DNA from: Cetorhinus maximus
Taxonomy: Eukaryota
DNA length: 64,000 nt
NCBI RefSeq assembly: GCF_964194155.1
Contig: NC_135898.1
Location: forward strand, 21,080,001-21,144,000
Reading direction: 5' to 3'
Shown here one piece after another: positions 22,501 to 33,900 of the stretch (its first letter is position 1; each line of letters opens with the position of its first letter). The translations under genes and the position numbers were made by a program. The notes below the pieces were generated by a model, which searched no databases, was not told the origin of the DNA, and saw nothing but the letters and a program-made list of their open reading frames with translations.

Positions 22501-22866
22501 AGGTGGAGGAAAGCCTTTGGAATTCTACTGTCAAGTGGGTGCTGTGGTAAACTTGCTGGCTTGCTATTGAAATTTAAAATCTATTTTGGACTGTTGCCTT
22601 AAAGGAGGGGTGTAGTTGGGAGTCAGGTTAATTAGGAATTTTGGGATTTGTTATAGTATTCAATAACTATTTGTGCTTGAAAATGTTTTTTGTTAATGTT
22701 TTAATTTTTAAAATTGCTAAAGGTGTTAAGTGGACTTATTACTTGTGAATTTAGTGCACAAATCTCCTCATAATAAATACAAATTGCAAAATCCTTCTGA
22801 TAGCATGGCCAAGTTTCCCTTGTGGATTTGGTCCACCTGGCACACATCACCTGCCATGTTATAACA
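19581..22866 (+). repeat. 3' LTR, split by a CR1 insertion (halves ~19581-20070 and ~22461-22866)
   Basis: Starts TGTCATG right after the PPT and ends ...ataACA; both halves are colinear with the 5' LTR. Confidence 0.9.
20071..22462 (-). mobile_element. 5'-truncated CR1 LINE (about 2.4 kb of ORF2 RT plus 3' tail) nested in the 3' LTR
   Basis: ORFs 21009..22163 (PGNYRPVSLTSVVGK, YMDFSKAFDKVPH), 20848..21042 (KFADDTK) and 20444..20878; (ttctgtga)-type tail at 20071-20085. Confidence 0.93.
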
Positions 22867-24094
22867 ACAGGAGTTAGCCATTTGTCTAGCTGCATGTTGC
22901 ATTGATCCCCGAATCCCATTTTCTTGCTCTTTCACTTCAATATTTTCCTTGGAAGTATTTTACTAATTAACTCACAAATGCTGAGACTGATTCAGCTTCA
23001 ATAGATCTTTGTGCTAATGCATTCCACATTCTAACTTTGTGTGTTTGAAGTTTACGAGCCAGGAGGGTTGGCAAAGTGCTGTTCCTACCCTTGTTCCCTA
23101 CTTGCTAGGTAGAACCGAACACCAAAATTTTTTTCTCTCCAACTTGGGGTACCTACAAATTATTTGGAACAAGGATTAAATATCATGTGGTTCCGTGTAA
23201 TACATCGAGTAAACGTTTAGACACACCCATTCAGTTCCCCTTAATCATCTACTGAAGAGTTCAGTGAATCAGTAATATTAAGATTGGGATTAGCAATAAA
23301 ATCATAAAGAAATGGCTTAGAACAGCATTTTACACATCTATACCTATATCAGTATCCTCCTTCCTTCAGTTCAACCTAAATTTTTTAATTTCTGGTATCA
23401 GTTGCTGGCATTAAATATGCCAAGGCGTCACATATCACAATGAGAAACAAAGTAAAAATCAGAAAGTATCCCAATGCTACACCAGGGTAATGTTTTCTCA
23501 CGTCATACCCACCACCAAGTGATTTTCTAAGCTGGCTGAATCCTGAAAGACCAATGGCTACTAACGATGGAGCGATTAAAATCGGGGATGCACAAGAGGC
23601 CAGAATTGGAGAAGCGCAGAGATCTCTGAGGGTTGTAGAGCTGGAGGAAATTACGGGGTACGGGGGTGGGGGGGAGTCATGGAGGATGAGCATCTTAAAA
23701 CCGAGCCATTTGTGGACCTGTGACCCACATCAGATGTAGAAGGTAAAAGTTCCTTTGTGCATTTTGTCTGGTTAAGTGTTAAACATTAAATGGTCCAAAA
23801 AATGCATTGTGATGTCACAATAACCCTAATTATCATTGTGTTTATGACACAGAGTTTAAATTAACTTGGATACTTTTAAGTTACATTTTCTTTGTAAACT
23901 TTATCCTGCGCACATGAGAATCTTCATACCCTTTGCTACTTTCTTCCTTCATAAGTGTGTTCTCCACTCCAGCAGAACCATTTTGATAAACTTCTGAGCA
24001 AGAATTCAATCTGGAATCTGAAAAGGGTCACTACACTTTGGCCCTTGTTCTCAGTTAAAACTTCACCCCATTGGTCCCAGCTTCATAAAACAGG

Positions 24095-24517
24095 ATGCTG
24101 GGCTGGGAAGAATATGTGAGAAGTTTACTCGCAGACGGGTTATGCCAAGATGCAGCAGTATTTGCATGCTCCTGTCCCAGGCTGCTGGCTGCCAAAGAGG
24201 AAGGGCTATTTGAGCAAATGAATCCACAGGAAATCAAAGTCATCATGAGCAGTGACCGGAAGACCTTCCTAGTCAAGGGACTCACCATTGGTGGCAAGAA
24301 GTGCTTTGTCATCAGAGATAACTTCCATGTGGATGGGGACTACACTATGGATATCAGGACGAAAAGATGGGACAGCAACCATCCTTGCCACAGCATAGCC
24401 ATTGCCAGGTCTAACAAAGTCTTCATCATGATTATGGGTAAGAGAGGGGTCCATGGAGGAACGCTAAATAAAAAGGCATTTCAGATGGCTAACTACATTA
24501 GAAAGTCTGGCTGTTAG
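24095..24517 (+). CDS. Profilin, intronless, profilin-3-like (140 aa)
   Basis: Complete ORF with profilin signatures GW..Y, DAA, GLTIGGKKC.VIRD, MDIRTK and MGKRGVHGGTLNKK. Good Kozak context (aggATG), a possible upstream acceptor at 24054, and AATAAA at 24669, 24782 and ~24907. DRKTFL, MGKRGVHGG and the single coding exon resemble mammalian PFN3. Confidence 0.9.
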   Translation: MLGWEEYVRSLLADGLCQDAAVFACSCPRLLAAKEEGLFEQMNPQEIKVIMSSDRKTFLVKGLTIGGKKCFVIRDNFHVDGDYTMDIRTKRWDSNHPCHSIAIARSNKVFIMIMGKRGVHGGTLNKKAFQMANYIRKSGC

Positions 24518-25544
24518 GAAAAATGGCATTAAACTTACTGTGGCTATTCTGTGGATGCAACGGAATTGCCTTAAGTCATCTCGAAAGCCTTTGACGTTCC
24601 ACTTCTCGTAAACGTCCCATTGGACCTATTGGCAACTCCACTACCTGAGTAGGAATTGTGCCCTTCCAAATAAAAATTATTCACAGAAAAGTACTTTTTG
24701 AAATGTATACATAGTTTCTACAGTGTACGGGCACAAAGTTTGCAATACTAAATGGAATGGACATGTTACTCGTGTTGCTCCAATAAACTTAAAAATGTTA
24801 GATGGCTGATTGTTTCTTTCGAGAGGGTGAAAAAGTGTTTGATGCTCCTCAAAAGACAAACAAAAGCACAGTTGTATCTACAAGAAACATCTACAATACA
24901 CTAAAAAATAAAATGCAAGTGGCCAGTTACAACTTGCAGTGTAAATGAGGTACAGAAATGATCCAATTCTCCTCCAGTTACTTACAGAATCTCATACTTC
25001 ACATTACAAATGTGACCATTCAATCTGAGCCAAAATACATGAATGGAGGAAAAGCAGATCACAGCTCAGGCACTTCCAAACGTGAGCCGGTCGATTTATC
25101 CCCAAAAGATCACCGCCCTAGGTGGCTTTCACAGACTGTAAATAATTTAACTAAGGCTGCAAGTCACGCTGGCAATCGGCCAAACAGAAAATCTCATCCT
25201 GACTCAGCACAGTCTCAACTGGCTGAGCTCTGATATTCAGCATACGTAACAAATATCCACTGCCAAACTTCACCCAGAGACAGCAGCTCAGTTTTCTTTT
25301 TAACAAAAAAAAGAATTTTAAGCACGTTTATGAATTAGTTTGTTTCTCACCTCAAGTGTTTAGATTGCTAAATTAAGTATAGTAGGCTATGCCACCAAGA
25401 TTTGTCAAGAGGCTATTTATAAATGTTGTTTATAGCACATTCAAGCATATTTCTGGACAAGCTGTTTCTCAGCATTCTAGCGCACTTTTAAAACTTTGAT
25501 TCTGGATTTTGCCAGGATGGATCAGGACAGACAATATAAATGGT

Positions 25545-25770
25545 AAAAGCAAAAATCTGCGGATGCTGGAAATCCAAAACAAAAATAAAAATACCTGGAA
25601 AAACTCAGCAGATCTGACAGCATCTGCGGAGAGGAACACAGTTAACGTTTCAAGTCCGTATGACTCTTCAACAGAACTAAGGAAAAATAGAAGAGAGGTG
25701 AAATATAAGCTGGTTTAAGGAGGGGTGGGACAAGTAGAGCAGGATAGAGGGCCAGTGATAGGTGGAGATT
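25545..25770. mobile_element. Penelope-like element terminal fragment (single arm), hammerhead-like motif on - strand
   Basis: Same family as 1-560. The reverse complement of ~25640-25680 reads agtt-ctgttga-agagtcatacggactt-gaaac-gtt-aact. Confidence 0.65.
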
Positions 25771-26598
25771 GCATTAAATTGCATTTAAATGGTATATTTA
25801 AATAGGAGATGCATCAAACACCTGGAGATGTACATGCACAAAACTTTGAAGATAACCGAACAAAATGAGCAACTCATCAACAGTATCTTCCAAACCCGTA
25901 ACCGCTATCACCTTGAAGGACAAAGGCAGCAGATACATGGGAACGTCGCCACCTTCAAGTTCCCCTCCAAGTCACACACAATCTTGACTTGGAGGAAGAA
26001 TTCATGGATTTACAACATAGTCCTATGTAAACCTTAAGTTTCTGGGTAAGCTCCAATGCTGTCCTGTTCTAGAAACTTTATCTCACTTGTCCTAGTTTGC
26101 AGACTGGCTTATCCCTCAGGAGAAAGATGGTGCATTTGTTGATTGGATAATGAGTGGCAGAAGATGCATTAGCGAGAAAATTACTCCCACTTTAAATATT
26201 ATTCTCATCCACCGACAAATTGCTTTCCAATCACATTGAACTTTAGCAAAAATATACTGTCAGCTCCTGTTTAAAATCAGAGGAGTGACTCCTCACCTCC
26301 AGTCCTTTACTGCTTTTGGATTGCACATGCTACAGCTGATCCCTTGACATCTGCTGTAATTGTGCCTAGCCCTGATAACCAACACCTGCCTGTATTAAAG
26401 GTGTGCGTTTCTGTTCAGGAGTCATTTCCACCCATTTCAGTATGTTTTTGGTGACTGACAAGTTGGGTATATTCAACTGATCATAAAATAAGCATGTTGT
26501 GCCGAGACAGTTTTCCAAGCCCAGATTGTGGTTCCGTACAACCAATGTACTGAAGATCAAATCAAAACAAAGTCCCACCTTAAAAAAAGTGAAGTTGT

Positions 26599-26604
26599 TT
26601 TATT
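26599..26604 (-). other. Candidate poly(A) signal of POLR3D
   Basis: AATAAA on the - strand about 1.24 kb after the stop, followed by a T-rich tract (on - strand). Confidence 0.55.
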
Positions 26605-27842
26605 TCCAGTCCAAGATTCAAAAATACTTAAATCCAAATATTGTAACGCAGCACTGAGAATGTCACAGCAGGATTTTCCAAAACTCTCTTTATGATTTTA
26701 ACATACATTGTGTCAAGAACATTGAGTGAAACACTGCATTAACCAGTTCAGAGCCTGTACAGTCCTGGCCAATGTCAGTATTCAATCTCATCCTACATTG
26801 GTCAGGTGGACCTCTGATTTACATAATCACCTTATGAAGGTCAGGGTAGTTATTTAACTCTGCAAATAGTGCTGTCAGCTCTCTCCTGCACTGCAACATT
26901 GCTCGACACCAGGGAGAGTGTGGTATCCACCAGAGATTCCCTGACCAATGTTGTGCATTTAACATGCAATAGTACAGTACTGGGATTTCAATACAATGTA
27001 AAGTACAGTGTGTGAAACCTTCAGAACTGTGAAAAACACCCAGCAGTACAGTGAGAGATTGTGCCCTGTCAGAAGAGCATTTTTTTGAGCTGTAAAGGAC
27101 TGAGGTAAAGTACTGAGGACTACACGAGGGATGGGTTTAAGTATAACAGTGAATTATGAAGGCCTGAGGTAAAATGTAAAGCATCACTTTAAATTGTATT
27201 GGATTAACTTAGTTTTTGTTAACATTGCCATGCCTTGGTAAATTAAGATCCTCTATGAAGCGGTCCCACAACTATAGAAGGATTCCCAGTTTCTGAGGTA
27301 CAATATGGAAATATATTCCAATTATGCAAAACAAGTTACGTCTTTAGCTGAAAACACGCAAGAAAGCAAATTTAAGTAATTCACACAACAATCTCAAAAT
27401 AAAATATTCATCAGGAAGGGTAACATTGCACATTAGAGCAATGTACCTGGTAAGTGTTGCATGGTGTCAAGACACAATCTAAGCACTTCTCCCCTCTTCA
27501 CCTACTCCAGCCCTCTCACCAGCTCTGAAAATCTTTGCTCCTGAAATTCATGTACAGCTGCTCCCATGGTTTAGTACCCTTTACATGAACACGTCTGCAG
27601 TGATCATAGACATCACCTCGCCAGCAGCCAGCTAGTTACCAGGGAAGCCAGACCAGAACAAACCCTCATTATGACATAAATATAGCCATAAAGTTTTAGT
27701 CCAGTTGCCTTTTAGGACTGGTCATTCACTGGTCAACTCTCCTGCATTCCCCAGCTCAGAGAAAATAATTAGAGCTCACCCTGCCGCCTGCAACTTTCTC
27801 TGCTTCTCCTGTGCCTTTTAACAGACGCACCTCAAATGTCAG

Positions 27843-27962
27843 CTATTGCCTTTGCTCAAGAAGTGTTTCAAAGTCAGGAGAACAGACTAACTTGTGTTTG
27901 ACATGTCCCAGCACTGTCATTTCCCCAGTCCGGTTCTCTCCAATTCCAATAGAAACCAGTTC
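27843..27962 (-). CDS. POLR3D: POLR3D last coding exon
   Basis: tttcag|ELVSIGIGENRTGEMTVLGHVKHKLVCSPDFETLLEQRQ*. Confidence 0.95.
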   Translation of the reverse strand, partial: ELVSIGIGENRTGEMTVLGHVKHKLVCSPDFETLLEQRQ

Positions 27963-30900
27963 CTGAAAGGAGAAAGGGAACAGAAATCAACTAAGTGGAA
28001 CAGTCAGGATGGATATTTAACAATTACAGGGTCATTGTCATGGACTGGGGGGAGAAAGAGAAAACAAAGAAATGGCGTTTTTACGGTGCCTTTCACAACC
28101 TCACAATGTCCCAAAGCGTTTCACAGCTGATTAAGCACTTTCAAAATGTAGCCAATTTTATAATTTAGGAAACGCGGCAACTAATTGCACACAGCAAGCT
28201 CCCGCAAACAATGTAATAAAGACTAGATATTTTTTTCAATGATGTTAGTTGAGGAATAGATATTGGCCAGGACACCGGGGGGCAACTCCTCTACTCTTCA
28301 AAGCATTGCATGGGATTCTTTACTCCATCCGAGACAGCAGAAGGGGCCTTGGTTAAATGTCTTATCCAAAAGATGGCATCTTCAATAGGGCAGCACTCCC
28401 TCAGTACTGCACAGGACTGTCAGCCTGGATTATGTGCTCAAAGGTCTCTGGAGTGGGACCTGAACCCCTGACCATCTGACTCAGAGGTAGGGTAGAATGT
28501 TGGAGACCAGCCAGGAGTGCGTTGAAATAGTCAAGTCTAGAGCTAATGAAGGCATGAATGAGAGTTTCAGCAGCAGATGAGTTGAGACAGGGATGAAGTT
28601 GGACGATGTTACAGAGGTGGAAATAGGCAGTCTTAGTGTGGCATGAAAAGAGGTCAAAGCTGATCTCGGGGTCAAATGCAACACCAAGGTTACAAACTCA
28701 AGATTGTTGCCTGGGACAGGGATGGAATTTGGAGCAGGGATCGAAAGCAATGGCTTCAGTCTTTACAATATTTAATTGGAGGAAATTATTCATTATGTAA
28801 CAAACCTATTCCCACACCAATCAGAGGCTCCTAAATGAATTAAATGACCTCCAGCAAAGCAAAGGAACAAACCAGACGAGAGGACTCCTCCCAGGAAAAA
28901 GTCAAAGGTTATAGTAAACGGCTTCCCTGCTTAGAAAAATATGTAGAACATACCTGGAGAAATGAACATGTTGTTCCCATGGTGACATCCAGGGTGACTT
29001 GCCCGAGGACAAGCTGCACTCTCCCTGACTTTCTAATCAGCAGCTTCCCAATCTGGCCTTCAGTTAAATCCATCAGCGAGCAGGAATTCTCAGCTTGCTT
29101 TATTTCCTGCAGGATACACACACACACACAGACACTGGTTATGGAACAGGTCATTAACTGTACAGGCATAATCATCCGCACAGGCTAACAACAGCCTCTA
29201 GGGGCACCAGCCCATCTAGATATCATTTAGTATTTCTGTTCCAGGGATAATTATAAGATGGGCAATAAACTCACTGGATTACAAAGTGATGCAAAGTGCC
29301 TTTAAAATGTCTTAATACCACAGATCCATTCATTCCCCATATCTCTTATCCCTTTATCTAAATCAGTCTGTAACTCATTCCCAGGTATCAATTATTCTAT
29401 ATATAAAGTCTCCTGAATCCCTCAATTAGATTTGACCTGTAACTCACTTCTGAATTAGTGTAATCCTATATATAAACCACTGAACCCCGCAATTAGATTC
29501 CAACCTGTAACTCACTCCTGGGTGTTATTATTCTATATATAAATCACCTGAACCCCTTGATTAGCTTGCAGCCTGTAACTCTCCTGTTATTCTGTAAATA
29601 AATCACTCAAATCCCGCAATTAGATTCCAGCTGTAATTCACTTCTGGGTATCTGTTGTTCCAAATATAAACCGCCTGAACCCCTCGATTACATTGCAACC
29701 TGTAACTCATTTCCGAATATCTGTTAATCTATATATAAACTGTGTTGAATCTCTCAATTAAATTCCAGCCTGTAATTCACTCCTATATCCAAACACTTGT
29801 TACTTTAATCAGGAAACAGAACTGCAACTGGTATATTTCCAACCCTCAGCACTGGGTCGTTTGCCCATTTTGGAAATGGTGGTCAATTGGAGATAACTCA
29901 AGTGACCCCCTACATTATAACTGGTGACTCTCCCATACAGACCTGAGCCTTCTCCTGCTTCAATAACACGGTCTGGCCATCCTCAGTCTGAACCTCAGAT
30001 TTTACTGGCTTCTCATCACGAGTGGGAGCCTGGCCAGGCAGTGTATCAGGGAGCTGCAGAAACAGCAGTTCGTCATCTTTACACACACTCAGCTCTTGGA
30101 GCAGCTCAGATACCGAAACCTCCTTTGACACAGTTGGGAACTTCTTCACTGCACTTGGTTTCTGTGACACCTGAATCTCGTTGGCAATACCTTCATCTTC
30201 AGGTTCATCCTTAACTGAAAGCAGAGCAACAAATGCGAGTAACTATACATTAGAGATTAACGCACCAAACAATGGATAAAGCATGTGCAGAACTCACTTC
30301 AGTGGTCACAGCAGTATATGGAGGAATTGGAAAAAAAAAACCGGATAAAATTACTACACTCCTTTCCCAAATGGTGTCAGCAAACAGTTCATGCAAGTGA
30401 GCGAGTTTATACAGTAAGCATTGTGTTACAATCCCAGCTGATGTTACTACTGGACAAATCAGATCCTAGAGCGAAACCTGACTTGATAGATCCTAACTTT
30501 TATTTGTTTTAGAAACCGTGGAGTTGTTACTGAACAAATTTACAGGAGTCTGATGAACTTATAACAAAAAGAACAAAACATTAAACAAGAAAAAATGAAC
30601 TATATTACCAGACAAAAAGGCTAGAAAGATTTCAATACAAACCCCAGCAAATGATTCAAATCACACTCTTCCTCTCCCCAACTATACCTTTACAGATACA
30701 TACAAATTTGTGAAGATAATGCAATTTACAATATCTATTTTATAATCTAATATTCAGGGTAAGTATGCAGTACATGTGAACTAATAGGTGAACTGTGATT
30801 GGACACAACACACCCCAAAATGAGTGACAGATGCTACCAAAGCAGATTCCATGGATTTCTCATCAATCCCTTCCTGCTCCTCCCCCTCCACCTCCCCAAA

Positions 30901-33900
30901 ACCTCCCCCCACTCCCCCCTCACTGAAACTCTGTTTTTCTCACAAGGGCTTCCAATCTTCACGCTCAAAGAACTCGTCTTGAAATTCTCTCCCAAACGTC
31001 GCTTCCACTTGACACCTTCAACAAGGACCCACCTCCAGGGTTTCAATCTCACCTTCCGATGTTCCCTTCCCCTGGATCTCTGCGAACACTTAAGCGTCAC
31101 CTTCCAAGCACACTTTCAGATATTCGGCCATGCCAAGCAGAACACCACTGCTCCAAAGGCCCTCAGTAAGGAGTCACCAATCTTCAGCTGCCTCCTCGGA
31201 TCTTCTGGATTCTCTCAAGCTCACTTTGTTTCATGTCTGCTTCCTGAAGCTTTCTCTTTAACTCAGAGCCAATTGCCTCGCTCCTTTCTCTCAACTTTGT
31301 CCGACAGGATCTATTTCTGATCTCTGTCCTTGTCCTTTCCTAAGACTGTCTTCTGGGATCCGTTTCTGATCCCTGTCTTTGTCCTGCCTGGGACCTTCTC
31401 CTTGTACCCCTCCCTGTATCCCGCTCCATGGGACACCTTCTCTCCAATGGCGCTCCTGTTCAGGTGACCTGACCCGGAGCTTTGAGCTGTTTCACTTTTC
31501 TTTTCTTTTGCGCAGATGCGTAGAACCGGTTCCCGGCCTAAAGAGCTAAAGAAACAAACTGCGCAGGGCTGGTTCCTGGCCTGAAGACAAGAAAAAACAT
31601 TCTCCGGCCGGCGCAAGCGTGAAAACAATGAATTGAACATGTGCAGCCATCTCCCAACCAGCGCATGTGCAGGAGGCCCGAGGCCTGCTGGGAATTGTCA
31701 TTCCTGGCCATCGAACTTCCAATTCCAACTGCCGATTAAGGTAAGTATCAGAGTTCATCACAATTGCCAGGATAGTCCACCATGCGGTGGCACTTTCGCC
31801 TCTGAGTCACAAAAATGTGGATTCAAGTCCTTCTCCGGGCACATTATCTAGGTTGACACTCCTAGTGCCGTACTGAGGGAGTGGCGCACTGTCAGAGGAT
31901 CTGTCTTTTGGGATGAGACATTAAACTGCTCTCTCAGATAGACATAAAAGATCTCACGGCATTATTCGAAGAAAGGAAGGGGAGCTCTCCCTAATCTCCT
32001 GACCAAAGTGGCTGTGTTTATTTGTGTCGCAACATTAGGGGGAGCACTTTCTGCTGTTACAGTGATGCAGGAGTTTAGTGTTGCATCAACTGCATGCTCC
32101 ACTCTAAAAGTGTGCCTCAAAATGAAGACCAGGACAGCAAAACCATGTCGGAGTAAGAGGGGAAGATGCCAATGAGAAAGTGGTGGCAGTGCCAGCAACA
32201 ATAACCACTTCCCTAGGAGCTAAATCCAGGTGACTTTCAATGAATGTGTCATCCAAAACATTTCATACATATCTGCCAAAGAACTCTACCCTAATTACCT
32301 TGTCCAAAAGTGTCTTGCTCAGTTAATTAAGTACAATTTATTACCTCCTTAAATAAAATATTAAATAAAAAAAATAATCAGCCAATGCAGGGCTAGAGAT
32401 CATGATCCCAGGATTAAGAGGCCAATTAATTACCAACTAAGCTAGCCAGGCTGTGTTCCATTATGGAATACTGTAGCTAACACACACATTGTTATTGTTG
32501 CTAGCACTGCTGCTACTCTCTCATTGGCACCTTTCTCTCTTATTCTCTCATGGATTTGCTGTCATGGTCTTCATTTTGAGGCAAAGGCTTCAGGAAAAGA
32601 TGCACCAGTAGCTGCAGTGTAGGTGAGTGTGCATGCTCAACCATTCCCGACGCCCTTTTGGTCGGCAGCAGGAGTTACGTGGAACAAATATTTATCCTGT
32701 CACCAAAAATCACGAAAGCAGCTTATCTAGTCATCATCACATTGCTGTTTGAGAAACCTTGCTGGGTCTAATTGGTGGCCACGAGTCAGGGGCTGGCATA
32801 AGGTGAAGTGCTCCTTCAGAGAGCCAGCACAGACACGATGGACCAAATGGCTGCCTTCTGTGCTGTAATCATTCTACGATTCTGTAAGATGTTCTGATGT
32901 TGTGAAAGACACTTATATAAATGCAAGTCTTTTGTTTTATGTGTGGGAGGTTCACATCACAGTTGAGCCTGACTATCCACTAAGTGTCCCAACACTGCAG
33001 GCTCACTAATTCTGATGATAAAACTATTTAACAACTCTGAGTGACTGAATTCTGAATGACTCGTCCACTCACATTGTCACTGAATTGATACAAACACCAC
33101 CTCACATTCTGTACAACACTATCTGAATGACTGCTCCCATTTAACACAGCATATTACCAGATTAGGTGAATCAACAGTAAGATTGGTTGATTGCAGGCAC
33201 AAAATCGAACTGATGCATGCTTTATTAATAGTTCCCAACAAACTAACCCAGTCAGTTGTGGCCTCCAAATGGCTTCACACATTAACCCATGCCTGCACGA
33301 ACAACAGCCTGTGTTGTCATACTCACCTTTCACAGATGAGATATCCACCTCCATCTTCTCCTCCTTGGCCGGCAATGCGGGTTTCATGTCCTCGTCCTCC
33401 ACCTCCTCCTTGAAGAGCCAGCCTGACTGTGCCAGTGGCAGCTGGACAGGCATGTTCCGGGCATCATTTTTCAGACCAGGATCATCAATAAACTACACAC
33501 AGACACACACAAAGAAAAGCACTCAGCGGAATGGACACACATAATGTTTCATTTATGTGGACAAAGAAAGAAACAAAGAAATGAGCTCTGAATGGCTCAG
33601 GTAGAAAAGGAATTCATTATATAAGGGAGCATATGGTTGCAGACTCTAACTTTGCTCTGTGCTGATTTCGGTTTCATACTATACGCAATTGTGACCAGTT
33701 TGCACCGAGTTCTTGAATCCAAGTTATGATTTAAAGTAAGAGTAGTGATCCCAACACCAAACCCTGGAACTTCTCCGACATAACTCAAAGCTGTGCCTTC
33801 TGAAAGGCACAGGCTCTCTCTGTGGTGTGGTTCCATAGGCCTGCTTGCTGTGTCTTGTGAGGCACTCAATGGTGAGCATCAACAAGGTATTCTACCAATG

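Larger units (their letters stand above)
13981..22866 (+). mobile_element. Full-length decayed Gmr1-like Ty3/Gypsy LTR retrotransposon (gag-PR-INT-RT-RH)
   Basis: Paired LTRs, tRNA-Pro-like PBS (tgggggctc 14892-14900), PPT (19570-19580), near-TSD actg/acag. Domains: protease ILTDTGTSQSL, integrase AHEIPIWGHLGIRK / QSDQGSNF / FSGPY / HVNMLK, RT WSSPIVTVPKPDG / PFGMKNAPATF / AVYMDS, then an RNase H-like region. Many stops and frameshifts. Confidence 0.92.

Noticed and set aside
19581-22866. 3' LTR as the promoter of the profilin gene
   Set aside because: The TATA-like tatataag of the 5' LTR is mutated in the 3' LTR and cut off by a 2.4-kb CR1 insertion; no supporting evidence in the sequence.
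30799-31640. 173-aa and 109-aa ORFs
   Set aside because: Low-complexity translations inside a probable solo LTR; no recognisable domain.
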